A stretch of 63,927 nt of DNA, the filler included, from Intoshia linei (lineage: Eukaryota > Animalia > Orthonectida), in NCBI GenBank assembly GCA_001642005.1. It is 6 parts of 6 records of this genome, joined end to end, with 100 filler letters (N's around TTAATTAATTAA, not from the genome) between each part and the next. Parts side by side here need not be neighbours in the genome. Positions count along the whole stretch, not along the records: positions 20,799 to 40,116 come from LWCA01000746.1; 5 more parts are not named here. One strand, given 5' to 3'. The notes below the pieces were generated by a model. The model was given only the letters and a program-made list of their open reading frames with translations. It had not been told where the DNA came from and did no database searches. Positions 26,600-40,216 of this stretch are shown piece by piece (position 1 is the first letter of the stretch; every line of letters starts with the position of its first letter). The position numbers and the translations under genes are program-made.

Positions 26600-28400
26600 C
26601 TAATGACCGCTGAATGAATAATGCCCAGTATACCTTGTATGTTAAAACGTGGATTTCAAAATTCGAAGATTACATTAAATTGGAGAAAATTATTGATCCA
26701 GATGAAGCTATTGATGAATTCAAATCTATTATCTTAATTGGAAAAGAGGCTCGTAAAAAAACTTGAATTTAATACAAAGACAACATGCAAAAATTAAAAA
26801 GGCTGTTTTAAGTTGGCAATCAGTTAATATTTTGGAAGAGAGAGCCATTTAATTTCAAATGCGCCAGAAATTAAATCAATCAATTGAAGAGTATGCCCAT
26901 TGGTTGACTTTACAAGCAAACAGGTGTGATTTTACCGATGCATGTGAAGCTATTAGAGATCACATTTTTTTAACCTGTCTTTATAATGATATTCAACGTT
27001 TACTCATTGATGCTAGAGACCCTACTCTTGATGAATCAATTTCAATTATCAAAAGTCAAGAGGTGATAAGTCGTTTGAAGCGATCTTAAGTAATTTTACC
27101 TTTATCGTCAAAACATTTTGTGCCTGAACATCGAATCGTATCTTGTTATAATTGCGGTAAGTCTAGACATATATCAAGGTTCTGCAAAAATAAAGATATC
27201 AAACCTAACATTCGTGCAATATATGATAACAAAACAAGTCAAATAGATCATTATGTTGATGCATTTGATAATGATGGAAAAACGGTAACATTAAAATTTA
27301 TAATTGACACTGGGTCACAGGTCAATTGTATTAATAAAAAATTTTGTAGCCAATTTTTAATTTCTAAAACCGGTAATACTGTACTTTTTCCGCTGATGGA
27401 TCGTATCTAATAAAATAATCTTAATCTTAAATCGTAAAATCAAAACACGAGAAGTATTTAAACAAATTAATTAAACAAAGGATCATTGAACCCAGTAACA
27501 GTAGATTTTCGTCAAACTATTTTTTCGTAAAAAAAAGATGGATCTGACCGTATGGTCGTAGATTTTTTAAAAAAAATTAAATTAAAAAAATTTTTTATGT
27601 GAATTAATAAGATGGATTTTAAAATTAGATGAGTTTGACTATTCTCTAGAATATTGTGCATGTTGTGCTAATTACACAGCAGATCTACTTTCACATGATC
27701 CATACGAATCAATACGTGCTATTTCATTTTGTGGGTTGGATATATTGAAAATATAAAATGATTCTGATATGATTAAGTTACGAAATAATGAAGCGATTGG
27801 AGAATTTAATGAGTGGAAGGAGTTTATTCCCAATATTCATGTGGAGGATGATATTCTATATTATAAAAACAACGATGTGGATCTTATTTTAGTACCAGAT
27901 AAATCAATTGTACCAATTTTGGAGTATTATCATCAATCAGAAAATTTCTGTCACCCTGGTATAGGGAAAACTTATGCATTAATTAGAAATACGTATTTTT
28001 GGAATAACATGTATAGAGATATAGTAGAATTTATCAAACATTGTCACACTTGTAATATTAATAAAGTAAGAAATCATAGCCGTACAAAAAAATTGAAACA
28101 AGTTGATAGTCAAGCATTCAACCAACTGTAGCAAGTAGATGTCCTTGGACCTTTTTCTGAATCGCCTAACCTTAACAAATATATAGTGATGTGTGACCAT
28201 TTTTCGGGTGGGTCAAAGCTGAAGCTATATCAGATATAACAGCTAACACACTGACGGATGCTCTGTTTAAAAATATAATTAGTCGATACAAGGACCACCT
28301 AACAGAATTAATTTTGATAGTGCACAACAATTTGAGGTAAAAATTATGGCTTAATTGTGTAAAATGTATAAAATTCAGAAAATACATTCAACAATTTTTG
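26600..28400 (+). mobile_element. Degenerate, internally deleted Ty3/Gypsy LTR retrotransposon
   Basis: In order: gag with zinc knuckle CYNCGKSRHISRFC; protease FIIDTGSQVNCI; RT start GIIEPSNSRFSS..VKKKDGSDRMVVDF; RNase H end RWILKLDEFDY; integrase H-H-C-C (HPGIGKTY...YFWNNMYRDIVEFIKHCHTC) and VDVLGPF. LTRs not identified. Confidence 0.85.
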
Positions 28401-28819
28401 AGGTACAAAAATTTGTTTAACCTTTATACCGCTGCTCACGGTTACCCTGGTCACAGATACTCTTACTTAACATATGCCGAATATATGCTATTTGAGTAAA
28501 TCTATAAATTTTCAAAAACCGGACCAGTAAAATTTTTTAATATAAAAAAGTGACGTCGAGACACAAAAGTTGCCGACCCCAAGTTTATAAGAATAAAAAC
28601 GGGTCAGACATAACAATATAAAACGTGCACATTATTTAAAAGTAAATTCTTTGTACTAAACAACGGTAGGAATATACATTAAACGTATTATTATTAATGT
28701 AGGAATGTATTATTAAACAAAAATTAGAGCTATGTTACATAGTTAAAGGATGGTTGTCTCATATTTTTGTTACCAGGATCTCCTTTTCAGCAAAAATTTT
28801 TTTAGAATACTTTGACTGA

Positions 28820-29320
28820 AACAATGGACCGAATAATATAAAAATGAATAATGAATAAAGCGCAATAATACGAAGAAAAAATAATAAATGAAATAAAGCT
28901 TTATTAGATAGTTATTAATTAATTTAAATTTTAAAATAAATTATTATCGTATTAATTTTGACTAGATTTTTATGAACCTAAATAGAAAATATACAACTAT
29001 ATGTCATCAATTTACTCTGTTTGCTGTTCTCATTGGCCGGTGTTGTCGTTGTCGTCGTATCACTAGTTGTGTTATTTTTCTCATCCTCATCTCCATAAAT
29101 ATAATTGTTACCTTAAATTCCATATAAAATGTTTACTAAAATTATTACCTTGCGTCATTTTGAATTATTATTGAAAATATTAAAGCAACTAGAAATCAAA
29201 AACAGAAGAATGAAAATTTATCCTGATGTGAATTATATCATCATATATAAGAGGAAACTAATAAACATTTTAATGCTTGACCAAGTATGCTAGCCTTATA
29301 AGATCCTTATCTCCAGAGTG
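28820..29320 (-). pseudogene. Copy 1 of a triplicated small Thr-rich, secreted-like gene (disrupted)
   Basis: Reverse-complement near-match to 30280-30790, with a TGA in the hydrophobic leader, a mutated acceptor (ATAG>ATGG) and a 54-nt in-frame deletion in the Thr-rich exon. Confidence 0.55.
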
Positions 29321-30376
29321 TTTGATCTAAAGGGTATAATGTTTCATTGTTGTATCGGATATGTAGGGCTTACATTGTATGAAATATTTACATATGGGAT
29401 TGGATATAAAATTACTATGACTAATAATTTATACTAAAAAAAATATATTATTGTTTAGTAGTGACACGAATGAAATAATATTTAACATAATCGATATACA
29501 ATACACATTTAATATATGCTGATTCTGCATTTTATAGCCGGATAATCTTCAAAATTCAATGATTACATTGACCATTGTTTTTTCAAATTCGATGCTGAGT
29601 CAGCAGTCTATTATGAGCCAACTTATTTTAATGCCTGAGGGGTAAATCCAATGTTGGTTATTCCTAGATTTTCATATTATCAACGACACACTATTTACTA
29701 ACAAAAAAAATAATTTACTAATTACACATAATTAGCGCTTATTAATGAATTTAGAAATTTTTTATAAATTAATGTTTGTTATTAAGAAAATTTTATCGTA
29801 TATTTCATTGAATTTTTTTCTAAATCTTATCGTTTCTGGTGTGGACAGTAAACGGTTAAAAAGATTATAGTGATATTTTCATTTAAATATGCTGAAATTC
29901 TATATAATATATGAAATCTAAAGCTAAGAAAACAGCATTGCTGTACCGGTACAGCAATCGCTATCGCTGGTAACAACATTTCACACATCCCTGATCATGA
30001 TTCTAATCATTTGAGTAATTTTAGTTGATTTAAATTTTTTAATGCCAATTTTGATGATTTTAAATTTATTATGCGTTTATTTACTTTACTTGAAATTTAT
30101 TTAGTAAAGTAAGAGTCAAACTTTTTAGTTTATAAAAAATTAAAGAAAATTTTTGGAAGACGTAGTAAAAATGTATTAAAATGCGGAACACTCATTAATT
30201 AATTAATCTAGTCTCATATGTAAATATGTGTCCACATCTCTTCTATAGCCATGGAACAATATACTATTTAGTTGAAAGGCTCTAGAGACAATAAGTCTTA
30301 TAAGGCTAACATGATTGGTCAAGCATCATAATGTTTATTGGTTTCCTCTTATATATGATGATATAATTCAAATCAG

Positions 30377-30683
30377 GATAAATTTTCATTCTTCTGTTTT
30401 TTATTTCTAGTTCGCTTTAATATTTTTATAATAATTCAAAATGACGCAAGGTAATTATTTTAGTAAATATTTTATATGGAATATAAGGTAACAATTATAT
30501 TTATAGAGATGAGGATGAGAAAAATAACATAACTAGTGGTACGACGACAACCACAACAGTACCTGTTACTGATACTGTTGAAACAATAGAATCAGGGTCG
30601 ATCCCAGCAAAACCGGCCAATGAGGACAGCAAACAGAGTAAATTGATGACATATAGTTGTATATTTTCTATTTAGGCTCATAA
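30377..30683 (+). CDS. Copy 2 of a triplicated small Thr-rich, secreted-like orphan gene (start codon not identified)
   Basis: The open spliced frame DKFSFFCFLFLVRFNIFIIIQNDAR|DEDEKNNITSGTTTTTTVPVTDTVETIESGSIPAKPANEDSKQ|SS* uses GT-AG introns 30451-30506 and 30638-30675. Confidence 0.45.
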
Positions 30684-31079
30684 AGATCTCTAGTCAAAAT
30701 TAATACGATAATCATATATTTTAAATTTAATTATATAATAAAGCTTTATTTCATTTATTGCTTTTTTCTTCATATAATTTGGCTTTTTCCTTATATATAT
30801 CATATCGAAATATGTCATACTTTCGCAGTGATTAAAACTGACTTGATATTTTTGTTTTGTAAATATATGGACTGTCAGTTATCCCTAGAACTGGTTACAC
30901 ACATACACATATATGTTTTAAAAAGGGGATTAATTAATTGGTTAATATTTAATTAAAATACTGACATTTTTTAATAAAAAATGTTATGTATTTTCAACAT
31001 AAAATTGTCAGTATACACACTAAAATATTTTGTCAGTATTTAATTACATATTTGTACATTTTAATTACACATATTCAAA

Positions 31080-31350
31080 ACAATCTCATGCTTTAAGAGA
31101 TATTTATTTACACTTAAGTTAAATTTATGAGAAGCGTATTCACAAGAGGTTTATGACATTTATCATTAAGTGATTTGTTTGTTGCACAATTATTATCAAT
31201 TAAACAGACAACATCATCAAAACTTTTATTATAAAGTTTTAAAACCCATAAAATAAAATTAAAACGAGCTTCTACACCAAAATTAATTTCTTCCATTGGT
31301 GAAATAACCCAATAAATTTTAAACCGAAAATTTTTATTTGTCATCATAGA
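31080..31350 (-). mobile_element. hAT-like transposase fragment
   Basis: VLKLYNKSFDDVVCLIDNNCATNKSLNDKCHKPLV resembles the xGDNCxxNK..LxxPLVGCxxH segment of hAT-like transposases. Confidence 0.5.
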
Positions 31351-34300
31351 TAAGTAATTTTGGCTTTACATTTAACACCAAATAATTTAAAATTGATGGT
31401 ATGTATTGTTTCTGGCCACTTTAATAACAATGATTTAACTTTAATAATAACTTTAATGACAATTGGGTTTTATATATTTTAACGATTAATTAATTGAAAA
31501 AAAATTTGCAATTAATTTTTTCTGATCCCTGGTTTTTACTTTATTTTTAATATTATACACACATTCTGTCTAATAAATTAAAAAAATGGGACAACAATTG
31601 TTTTTAAAATACTTTACGCAAATGTTAACAAAACAAAATTAAGATGGAATAATTCACTTTAAAGTAAAAAGTAATGTGATATGATGGTTCCACCTGAAAA
31701 AAATTTGGGAACCACTCCTTTAAAGGATTGATAATAGTGAATAGTAGGATTTTTTATATCAATATATATGCTAATTTTTTTAGTTTAAATTATTCAAACG
31801 TTACATATTATGCGCAATACAAATACAAATACATTGTATATTTACATTCAAATTCGATTGAATCTGTAATTTTTTTATTATATTTCGTATTATTTATGTT
31901 ATTTAAATATTGGGTACGATCAAAGTAGACACGTTTTTTAGTTTATCTGAAAAAAATTTTTTTAATTAAAATTGGATGGTAAAACAGTGGTTTCAATTTT
32001 TAGCGACAATTTTTCAAAACTTTTAAAAATGTAATCCATTGTCTGTTATTTTTTTCAGAAAAGTATGTACCATTTACATTGTAGATAGTAAAGCGGCCCT
32101 CAGGGCCGCAATTTGTTTTTTCTAATTTTGTAAATAAAAATCTGCAATTGGTCTGAATTTGAAAATACCATGAAAAAACCTTAAAATATGAAAATCAATA
32201 TAATTTATGTGGTAATAGTTTGATGATATTCGAAGTTCCGTATTACCGAAAATTGATAAAGTTGACCCTGATAAATATAGGAATGTGTATGATTTATTCC
32301 TCACTGGATACAACATGTGCAGTAATTAATTTTTGTTAAATTATACGATTATATTAATATTTGACGCAGTGTTACCCACTAGGCACGCCATGGGTTTGCA
32401 AAAAATATAAAAAATAACAAACAAAGTTTTATTAACACAAAATTATAATAATTTTTAACAAAACCATACCATGATGGAAACCACTTGTTTGTTATCATTA
32501 AAATTAAACAAATTTCTAGAAACGGAAAAATGTATGATTTGGAAGAATTTTGAAAAGAATAATAAAGCAGATTTGAAACACAAAACTTTTCAAGATGTAA
32601 TTTATATTAATATTACTACATGTACTATGTATTATTTATTAATGTATTAGTTCCAATTTTGTCTATTTGAGTTTTTAATAAAGCTTAGATTATTATACAT
32701 ATTATTAGTATTATTATTAGTAAAATATTAGCCACATTACTTCTCACCGAGACTTATCAAGCCATATTAATGATACATTTCTCGTCCTAAAGAAATATTT
32801 AATTAAAAAAATTATAACCAGACCCGAACTTGATAAAGTATTCAAATTCGGTCTATTCATTTTCTGTCTGTTAGCATTTATTTAAGAAAGTAATGAACGT
32901 GAAGTTATTTATCTAGATACAAAATTTGAACCTCAGAAATCGACGCATTCCCGGTAAAAAACAACTTTAATCAATTTAATCATTATTTTAATTTTTGTTT
33001 TAAACTTTTCAAGTTATTTTAAAGTTCTCTGATGTTTAAAGAATGTTTTAAAGAATCTTTGATGTGGTTTTTGTTAGAATTTTGATATTAAAATTTTAAT
33101 GGTTTGATGATAGTTTTGTCCATTTTATTCAATCATGGGCCAACCAAAATTGACCACTTTTAAGATAATATGTAGTTTTTATAATTTTGATACATTAAAA
33201 AAGAAATTTTAAAGTAATTTAATTTTTATCAATTTAAGGGAACCGGCAACTAGAGATTGTGAAACTGTCCTCTAAATGAAAAAATACATAAAATAATAGA
33301 GTTACCATTCAACGCGTTAATTAATTTTCATTTAATTTCGATATTTAAAACTTAATTAGATGACGCTTTCATTTTATTTCAAATAATAATATTAATAATA
33401 ATAATTATACATATACATAACTAAATAAAACCTGAAATTGACTTAAAATTTTAGTATACAATATTACAATTAGCTTTAAATGTACAATCTATTGTGGCTA
33501 GTCGTCACTTATTCAGATTGAAATTTTTTATGTGTGTTAACATGATACAACTCTAACACCTGTAAATTTTTTGAAATTCAAGGGCTGTTTTCTTAAAAAA
33601 AGGGTACTTTGGGGTTTTGGCCCTTAAGATATTTTTTAAAATTTACATTTATGATAATGTTTATAATTTTAAAATTTTAGGATTGCAACCCCAATACAAT
33701 CCCTAAAATTAACCGATTAATGCCTCAACAATGGGCCACGTAACTGGCGTTTATATTTTTTCAACTGATATACATTAGTTTACTCATGTATTATTATTAT
33801 TTTGTTAATATATTAGTTTACTGAGACATCAGTGTTATTCGACCCTTCTTCAAAAGCTGTTTACGCTTTTTGAAGGCTAATTTACATTTCATTAGTTACT
33901 ATTTTAGGTTTCTATTTTTGTCGTAATCAGTGATCTGTGATCACTACGCATTATATAATACATAATGTAGTTATATTTGGAATTATTCGTCCGTTTATTA
34001 ATTCCTATTGATCCGGAACAATGAATATCAATATCAATAATCAATAGGTGTCTTAAATGAATCGTAAATTTTGTGACATATAAAAGCCGATTTGAATATT
34101 TGGTGGTAGTCACATTATTGACCCATTTATCTTGATATAATTTTATACGCATGAACCGTTCAATCATAATAGATTTTGAATTTATGATAGATAGGGACTA
34201 ACATGCTGATTAATAAGTGTAATTAAAGAATAATAAATTAAAACAATAGATGTAAGAAATAAAAAATGATGAATAAAAGTAATGTATATTTAAATTGTAA

Positions 34301-34661
34301 AATGTAAAGTTTGAAACTTTAAAATAACATCAGTGTTACATAAATTTAAATTAACAAGTCGATATGTTATAATAACCTTTTGTTATACATAAATGTATAT
34401 TGAATCCTTATTTATATTAAGCTAGCATTTCATAATATTATAATGGCTAAATTTCAAATATATCCCATTATCAGTACATGTATAGTAAAACATAATGTAC
34501 ATTGTACATAATATTATAATTTTATACAAATGCGATGATGACCATGGTGGGTCATGATTTTAAGTTAGTAAATTTATTGACAAAAATATTACAATAAAAT
34601 AATATATTAAAATATATTTTAAATTAAATAACTGATACCTCTGTAAAATGTACATCTAACC

Positions 34662-34987
34662 CAGTGGTTCCCAAACTTTTTACTGTTAAGCGCACTCAAT
34701 ATGTAAAAAAATTTATTATTGACACTTCAAATCGATTGACTCGAAAAATTGACTGAGTTTTACTGAAATAGTCTCCAAAAAAGTATGAATCCAAATGTTT
34801 AAAAATTATTAAAATGTCTCTACAAAACGTTTGGTGATTTGTTTGTTTTACACTAACGTGTGTTGAAAATTATAAATTAATCACCCTGTAATTTTTATTA
34901 ATTTATTCAATTTTTGAATTATAGTTAAAAATCTCGTCACGCATTTAATTTTGTTTTGCGGCGCGGTACACGATTTGGTAACCACTC
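34662..34987. mobile_element. hAT (Charlie-like) MITE
   Basis: TIRs CAGTGGTTCCCAAA / TTTGGTAACCACTC; perfect 8-bp TSD ATCTAACC. Confidence 0.85.
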
Positions 34988-37979
34988 ATCTAACCAATAA
35001 AATAATTACATTCATATACTAGTCCTTTTCCCGTTGTGTCATCCTCACTAGTATAATCAACAGCTGTGTCATTTGACACTTCATCCTCAGAGGTGACATT
35101 AATATTAGAATTTTTTTTATCTTCATGGTTTCCATTTTCCATTGTACTACGATATTTGATAATTTTATCGCTAATGTTCTGCATGTTTGCCAATGTTGAG
35201 TAAAGTAAAAAATTATAATTTAAATTTAATATCATGAAATATTATGTCAAGTATTGAAAATGAAAATGTTCTTTTAATAACCAAGATAATATTCATATAC
35301 AACGACAACCAACTAGTTATTTAATCTACATTGGATATTAATTGTTACATGTAGCATTACACGATACTAAGTAATTTTATCCCACACTTTTGTATAATTT
35401 TTCAACCTTTAAAAACTCCAATACAACTGTACTAGCAAATTTTAGGAATCATTAGCTTTTATCAATACATAGATAACGTTTTAAGGTATTACCAACATTT
35501 TTATGAATGACTTATACATTTTAAACCCTTCAAAATTTTTTATATTATTCATGGACTCAACCGTAAAATCAATCTTAATTTTTATAAAATAAAGATACTT
35601 GATAAAAATGATTAAGGGATCGCGTTTATATTTTGGCGTGGCGCACTGGTTGAAATTGCAATATACAGTATGTAAGGGCATTGTAATGCATTGAGTATAA
35701 ATACGCCAAAGTAACTTGACAAAATTTATTTTACATTATTAGAATATTGTTAAAAACACACAATTTATTTAGAGATTCACTTTTTATTCAGGTTCTACGT
35801 TACGACACAAATTTGATGTTATCAAAAAATATATGTAGATTAAATTAAATTAAGCTCAACTATTACTGTTTTTAATTAATGTGAAACTGGAATTACGATA
35901 TTTTGTAATGGGTGTTAAAAAATGTTTCATCAAAATTAACCATATTCTATCCATGAATATATTTTATAAAAATATACCTGAAATAATCAAGTGCCAAGAA
36001 ATATTGTTTTAAGAGTCGAGCCAAATTTATTAACTTTTATTATTATGATTTTTGGTTTTACTGATTTTTAGGCAATATGGTGGAGAATAAAATGGGACCA
36101 TTAAACTGATCTGACCGAGGAAGCTGATTTAAACGATTAAATAAAAGTATTGGAAAGGTTTTGTAATAGTGATGTCGATATTTAATGAGTATAAATAAAA
36201 AAAAATAGTTTGCATATAAAAATTTAATTCGGAATTAACAATACATGTCTTCTTTTTTTGAGCAAATGTTACAATAGGAAAAATTACAATGACATTTTAT
36301 TTCAACTTTATCTTCTGAATCAGTCTTTTTTTCGGTATCGCGAAGTTCATACCAAAGTTTATCATCCTTGATTGGGAGCATATTGTATATCTAAAATGCT
36401 CATCAGTAAATTAACGTACAAATACATTTATTATCAAATGTAGATTATGTTATGTAATATAAATGTAAATTACTACCTTTTAAAATTTATAAATGTGTAA
36501 AAGAAAAATCAAATAGTATTTCAACGATAAATCGGACAATGAAATTTAGTACTAATATTATATACAGTACATCAGTATGTATTATGTTTTATCATATTCA
36601 TATGTAACCGATCATCATTTGTGTGCTATCAATGATGATTTGGATAACAACACAACATGGGTCTTAAGATTAAATTTTTGCTATTCACCATCATGTTATA
36701 ATCATTAAGATTAAAATTAAAAGCTAGTTCAAGTATTGTCAAATTTAAATTTATGGCATAATAAATCTGATGGACCATTTAATACATTGTAGTATATTCA
36801 AAATTCAAATAAACAAATTTACCATACAAATTTTGTTTAATACAAAGAAAGATTGATCCATATTATTCAATATTTATGCAATGGGTCATCAATCTTTCAA
36901 GTTAGTTGATAAAAAACTTTTGAAAAGATTGCAATAATTGTTTTGTAAAATTTTAGTACTTTTTTTATATTATATTTTATATTCAATAATACATTATACA
37001 AATACTTATACTAATACTACTATACAAATACATATTAATGTACATTGTACATTAATATTTTATTTAAAATTTTAATTTAGAACATGCATAATATCCTACT
37101 GTTATTAGATTATAATCTTATAATATAATACACACGTGCATGTTTTTAGTTATATATCACTAATGAATCCCGACAATTCAGATATGATGACAATATACAT
37201 TGTTCATATTGTTTTGTATTAATATTAATATTTCGACTAAATTTATTGATTTAATTTAATTTTAATAATTAATTCTATTTTGATAATGAACATTTTATAT
37301 CAATACCTTTAATATGTGATAAACTATTTAGTACATTTAGGATTAAAAATTGCGAGAATTTAATTAATTATTTAATTTCACGATACTATATTTTATAACG
37401 TAGAATACATATAGGCAGACATAAGGTGTGTGAAAACAATAATTATTTTTTGTTTTAGTAGCAAGTTCAAAAAGGAGGGTAACTACACCAGTAGCCATTG
37501 CTGTTTTTCCAAGTTTTTAAAACATGTATCTGTGTCTGTGTGTAACCATTTATAGGGATAACTGACAGCCATATATTTACATAACAAAAATATCAAGTCA
37601 GTTTTAACCACTGCAGAAAATATGATACATTTCACACAAAAAAATTGACACATTCAAGGCCAAAACGACAAATGACTCTTTTTAAAAGAAAAGTGTCCTA
37701 GATTTTTAAAAAACATATTCTTGTAATTTTTTAAACTATGAACATTGTCATCAATTGTTTTTCAGTTGTGATATTTTATATAATTTTAAGTTGACTAAAA
37801 TTATAAATCAAAATATGAGAAATATTAATGTACTTACAGTGTCAATTTATATTTATGATATGGTCGGTTTGAGCTGTATAACGTTTATTAATGCATTAAT
37901 ATATTTTTATATCAGAGAATTTTTATTTAACTGTAAATATTTTTAAAATTGTTAGTATATGTTGGAGACACATAATTTT

Positions 37980-38625
37980 AGGAAACAGTGGACTGAATAA
38001 TAGAAAGGAAAAAGCCAAATTTTATGAAGAAAAACACAATGAATGAAATAAAGCTTTATTATATAATAAAATTTAAAATATATGATTATCGTATCAATTT
38101 TGACTAGAGATCTTTATGAGCCTAAATAGAAAATATACAACTATATGTCATCAATTTACTCTGTTTGCTGTCCTCATTGGCCGATTTTGCTGGGATTCTA
38201 TGCTTGGCTATGTTATTCTATGCTGGGATACCCTGATTCTATTGTCTCAACAGTATCAGTAACAGGTACTGTTGTGGTTGTCGTCGTATCACTAGTTATG
38301 TTATTTTTCTCATCCTCATCTCTATAAATATAATTGTTACCTTAAATTCCATATAAAATATTTACTAAAATAATTACCTTGCGTCATTTTGAATTATTAT
38401 TGAAAATATTAAAGCGAACTAGAAATAAAAAACAAAAGAATGAAAATTTATCTTAATTTGAATTATATCATCACATATAGAGGAAACCAATAAACATTAT
38501 GATGCTTGACCAATCATGTTAGCCTTATAAGACTCATTGTCTCTGGAGTCTTTTAACTAAATAGTATATTGTTCAATGGCTATAGAAGAGATGTGGGCAT
38601 ATATTTACATATGAGACTACATTAA
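37980..38625 (-). pseudogene. Copy 3 of a triplicated small Thr-rich, secreted-like gene (disrupted)
   Basis: Inverted near-identical match to 30205-30790; an insertion after ESG (TATCCCAGCATAGAATAA) introduces a stop. Confidence 0.55.
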
Positions 38626-38844
38626 TATCTGATTAATACGACTAATATTAATTTATAATACTGCCATGTATGAAACTAACACTTGACGTGGTCGATTAAC
38701 AATACATTCGTGTAACTGTAATTTAACAACATATATTGACGGGTAGATTCAATGATTGCATTGTTATTGTGATATTAATGTGATAATTAATTCAATACAT
38801 CATGCCGGTTTGAAAAATTTAGTTGAAGACCAATACAATTAATT

Positions 38845-39637
38845 TAGAAATGTGGTGTTCCGGATTTTAATACATATTTATTAACACACATTTTTATACG
38901 ATTTTTAAAGGATATTACAATCAACCAGAATTGACAAATCAAGTAATGATAAATGGATGATTTCATACTGGAGATATTGGAAAATGGACAAAAAGTGGTT
39001 CATTAAAAATAATTGATAGGAAAAAGAGCATGTTTAAATTGTCGCAGGTATTAGAGCCTCTTAATCTCTTTAATAAACACTGTTCAAAATAAAGAGAATA
39101 TATCGTACCCGCAAAAGTTGAAAGGGTTTATAATCACTCGATTTTTGCCAAAAATATTTTGCTGTATGGGAAAGTGCGAAGGTTTTTCGACTTGAAAAAT
39201 TATGCCATTGCTATTATTGTTCCGGATTTTGAAAACGTTAGGAAATTTAAATTAATAAAATGTATTGAAAAATCTACAAACCAAGAATTATGTTCAAACG
39301 AGGTAAAGTTTTCAACTAAACATGGGATAAATAATTTGAAATGTTCGACAAGCATATATTATTCCTTACCATGTCACTATGCTGTGCCTTTTAAGAAATA
39401 ATAAAACATTTTATTCAATATTATTACAAATTTTAGGAATTTAATGAAAATTTACTTAATGATTTGAATGTATTGAACAAAAAAAATGGTTTAATGTCAT
39501 TTAAACAAACTAAAAAATTGCTTGTGATGGAAGAGGATTTTACAATATATAACAATCTTTTGACTCCAACACTTAAATTAAAACGATACAATATAATTAA
39601 AAAGTATAAGAAAGATATTTCCAAAATGTACTGTTAA
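38845..39637 (+). pseudogene. Long-chain acyl-CoA synthetase (ACSL-like) C-terminal pseudogene fragment
   Basis: IFKGYYNQPELT..ING*FHTGDIGKWTKSGSLKIIDRKKSMFKLSQ / EYIVPAKVE / LLTPTLKLKR. It has TGA (38958-38960) at the conserved Trp, damaged splice sites and no N-terminal half. Confidence 0.85.
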
Positions 39638-40116
39638 TTTTATAAAGTAAATTTACTACACGTATTTGAAGCAATTTATTAATATTTTCTATTAATTTTT
39701 ACTTATATAAAATAACTTGGCTAAAAATTTAAGTCCGTCTGTTTGTTCCAGTTTAAGAAAACAAGAAATTTAGTGTTTTAAAAATGCCAATTTCAATTTC
39801 TTTTCTGTTTGATTATAATGATTATGTTGAGTCCTTAAGGGTTAAAAACCAAAAGTACTCCTTTTTAAAATGCATCCTATAATTTTATACAAAACTTCTG
39901 GGATAAATTTTTTAAATCACTAACATTATCGTAAATTTCACCTCAGAAACTTACAGCATCATTGTTAAAACCAAAACTGCCTTTATTTAAAAATTGAAGA
40001 TCAATGCAGTATTACTTTATTATCATATTGAGATTTATTTCAATATCGGCAACATTCACCCGAAAAAAATTGTACTGAATACATTAATTATAATTATTAA
40101 TAATAAAATATTTTTC

Positions 40117-40216
40117 NNNNNNNNNNNNNNNNNNNNNNNNNNNNNNNNNNNNNNNNNNNNTTAATTAATTAANNNNNNNNNNNNNNNNNNNNNNNNNNNN
40201 NNNNNNNNNNNNNNNN
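40117..40216. other. Assembly gap spacer
   Basis: N-run with a central TTAATTAATTAA. Confidence 0.95.

Noticed and set aside
38145-38327. Hydrophobic plus-strand ORF (VVVVVVSLVMLFF) resembling a membrane peptide
   Set aside because: It is the antisense shadow of the Thr-rich exon; the splice signals are on the opposite strand.
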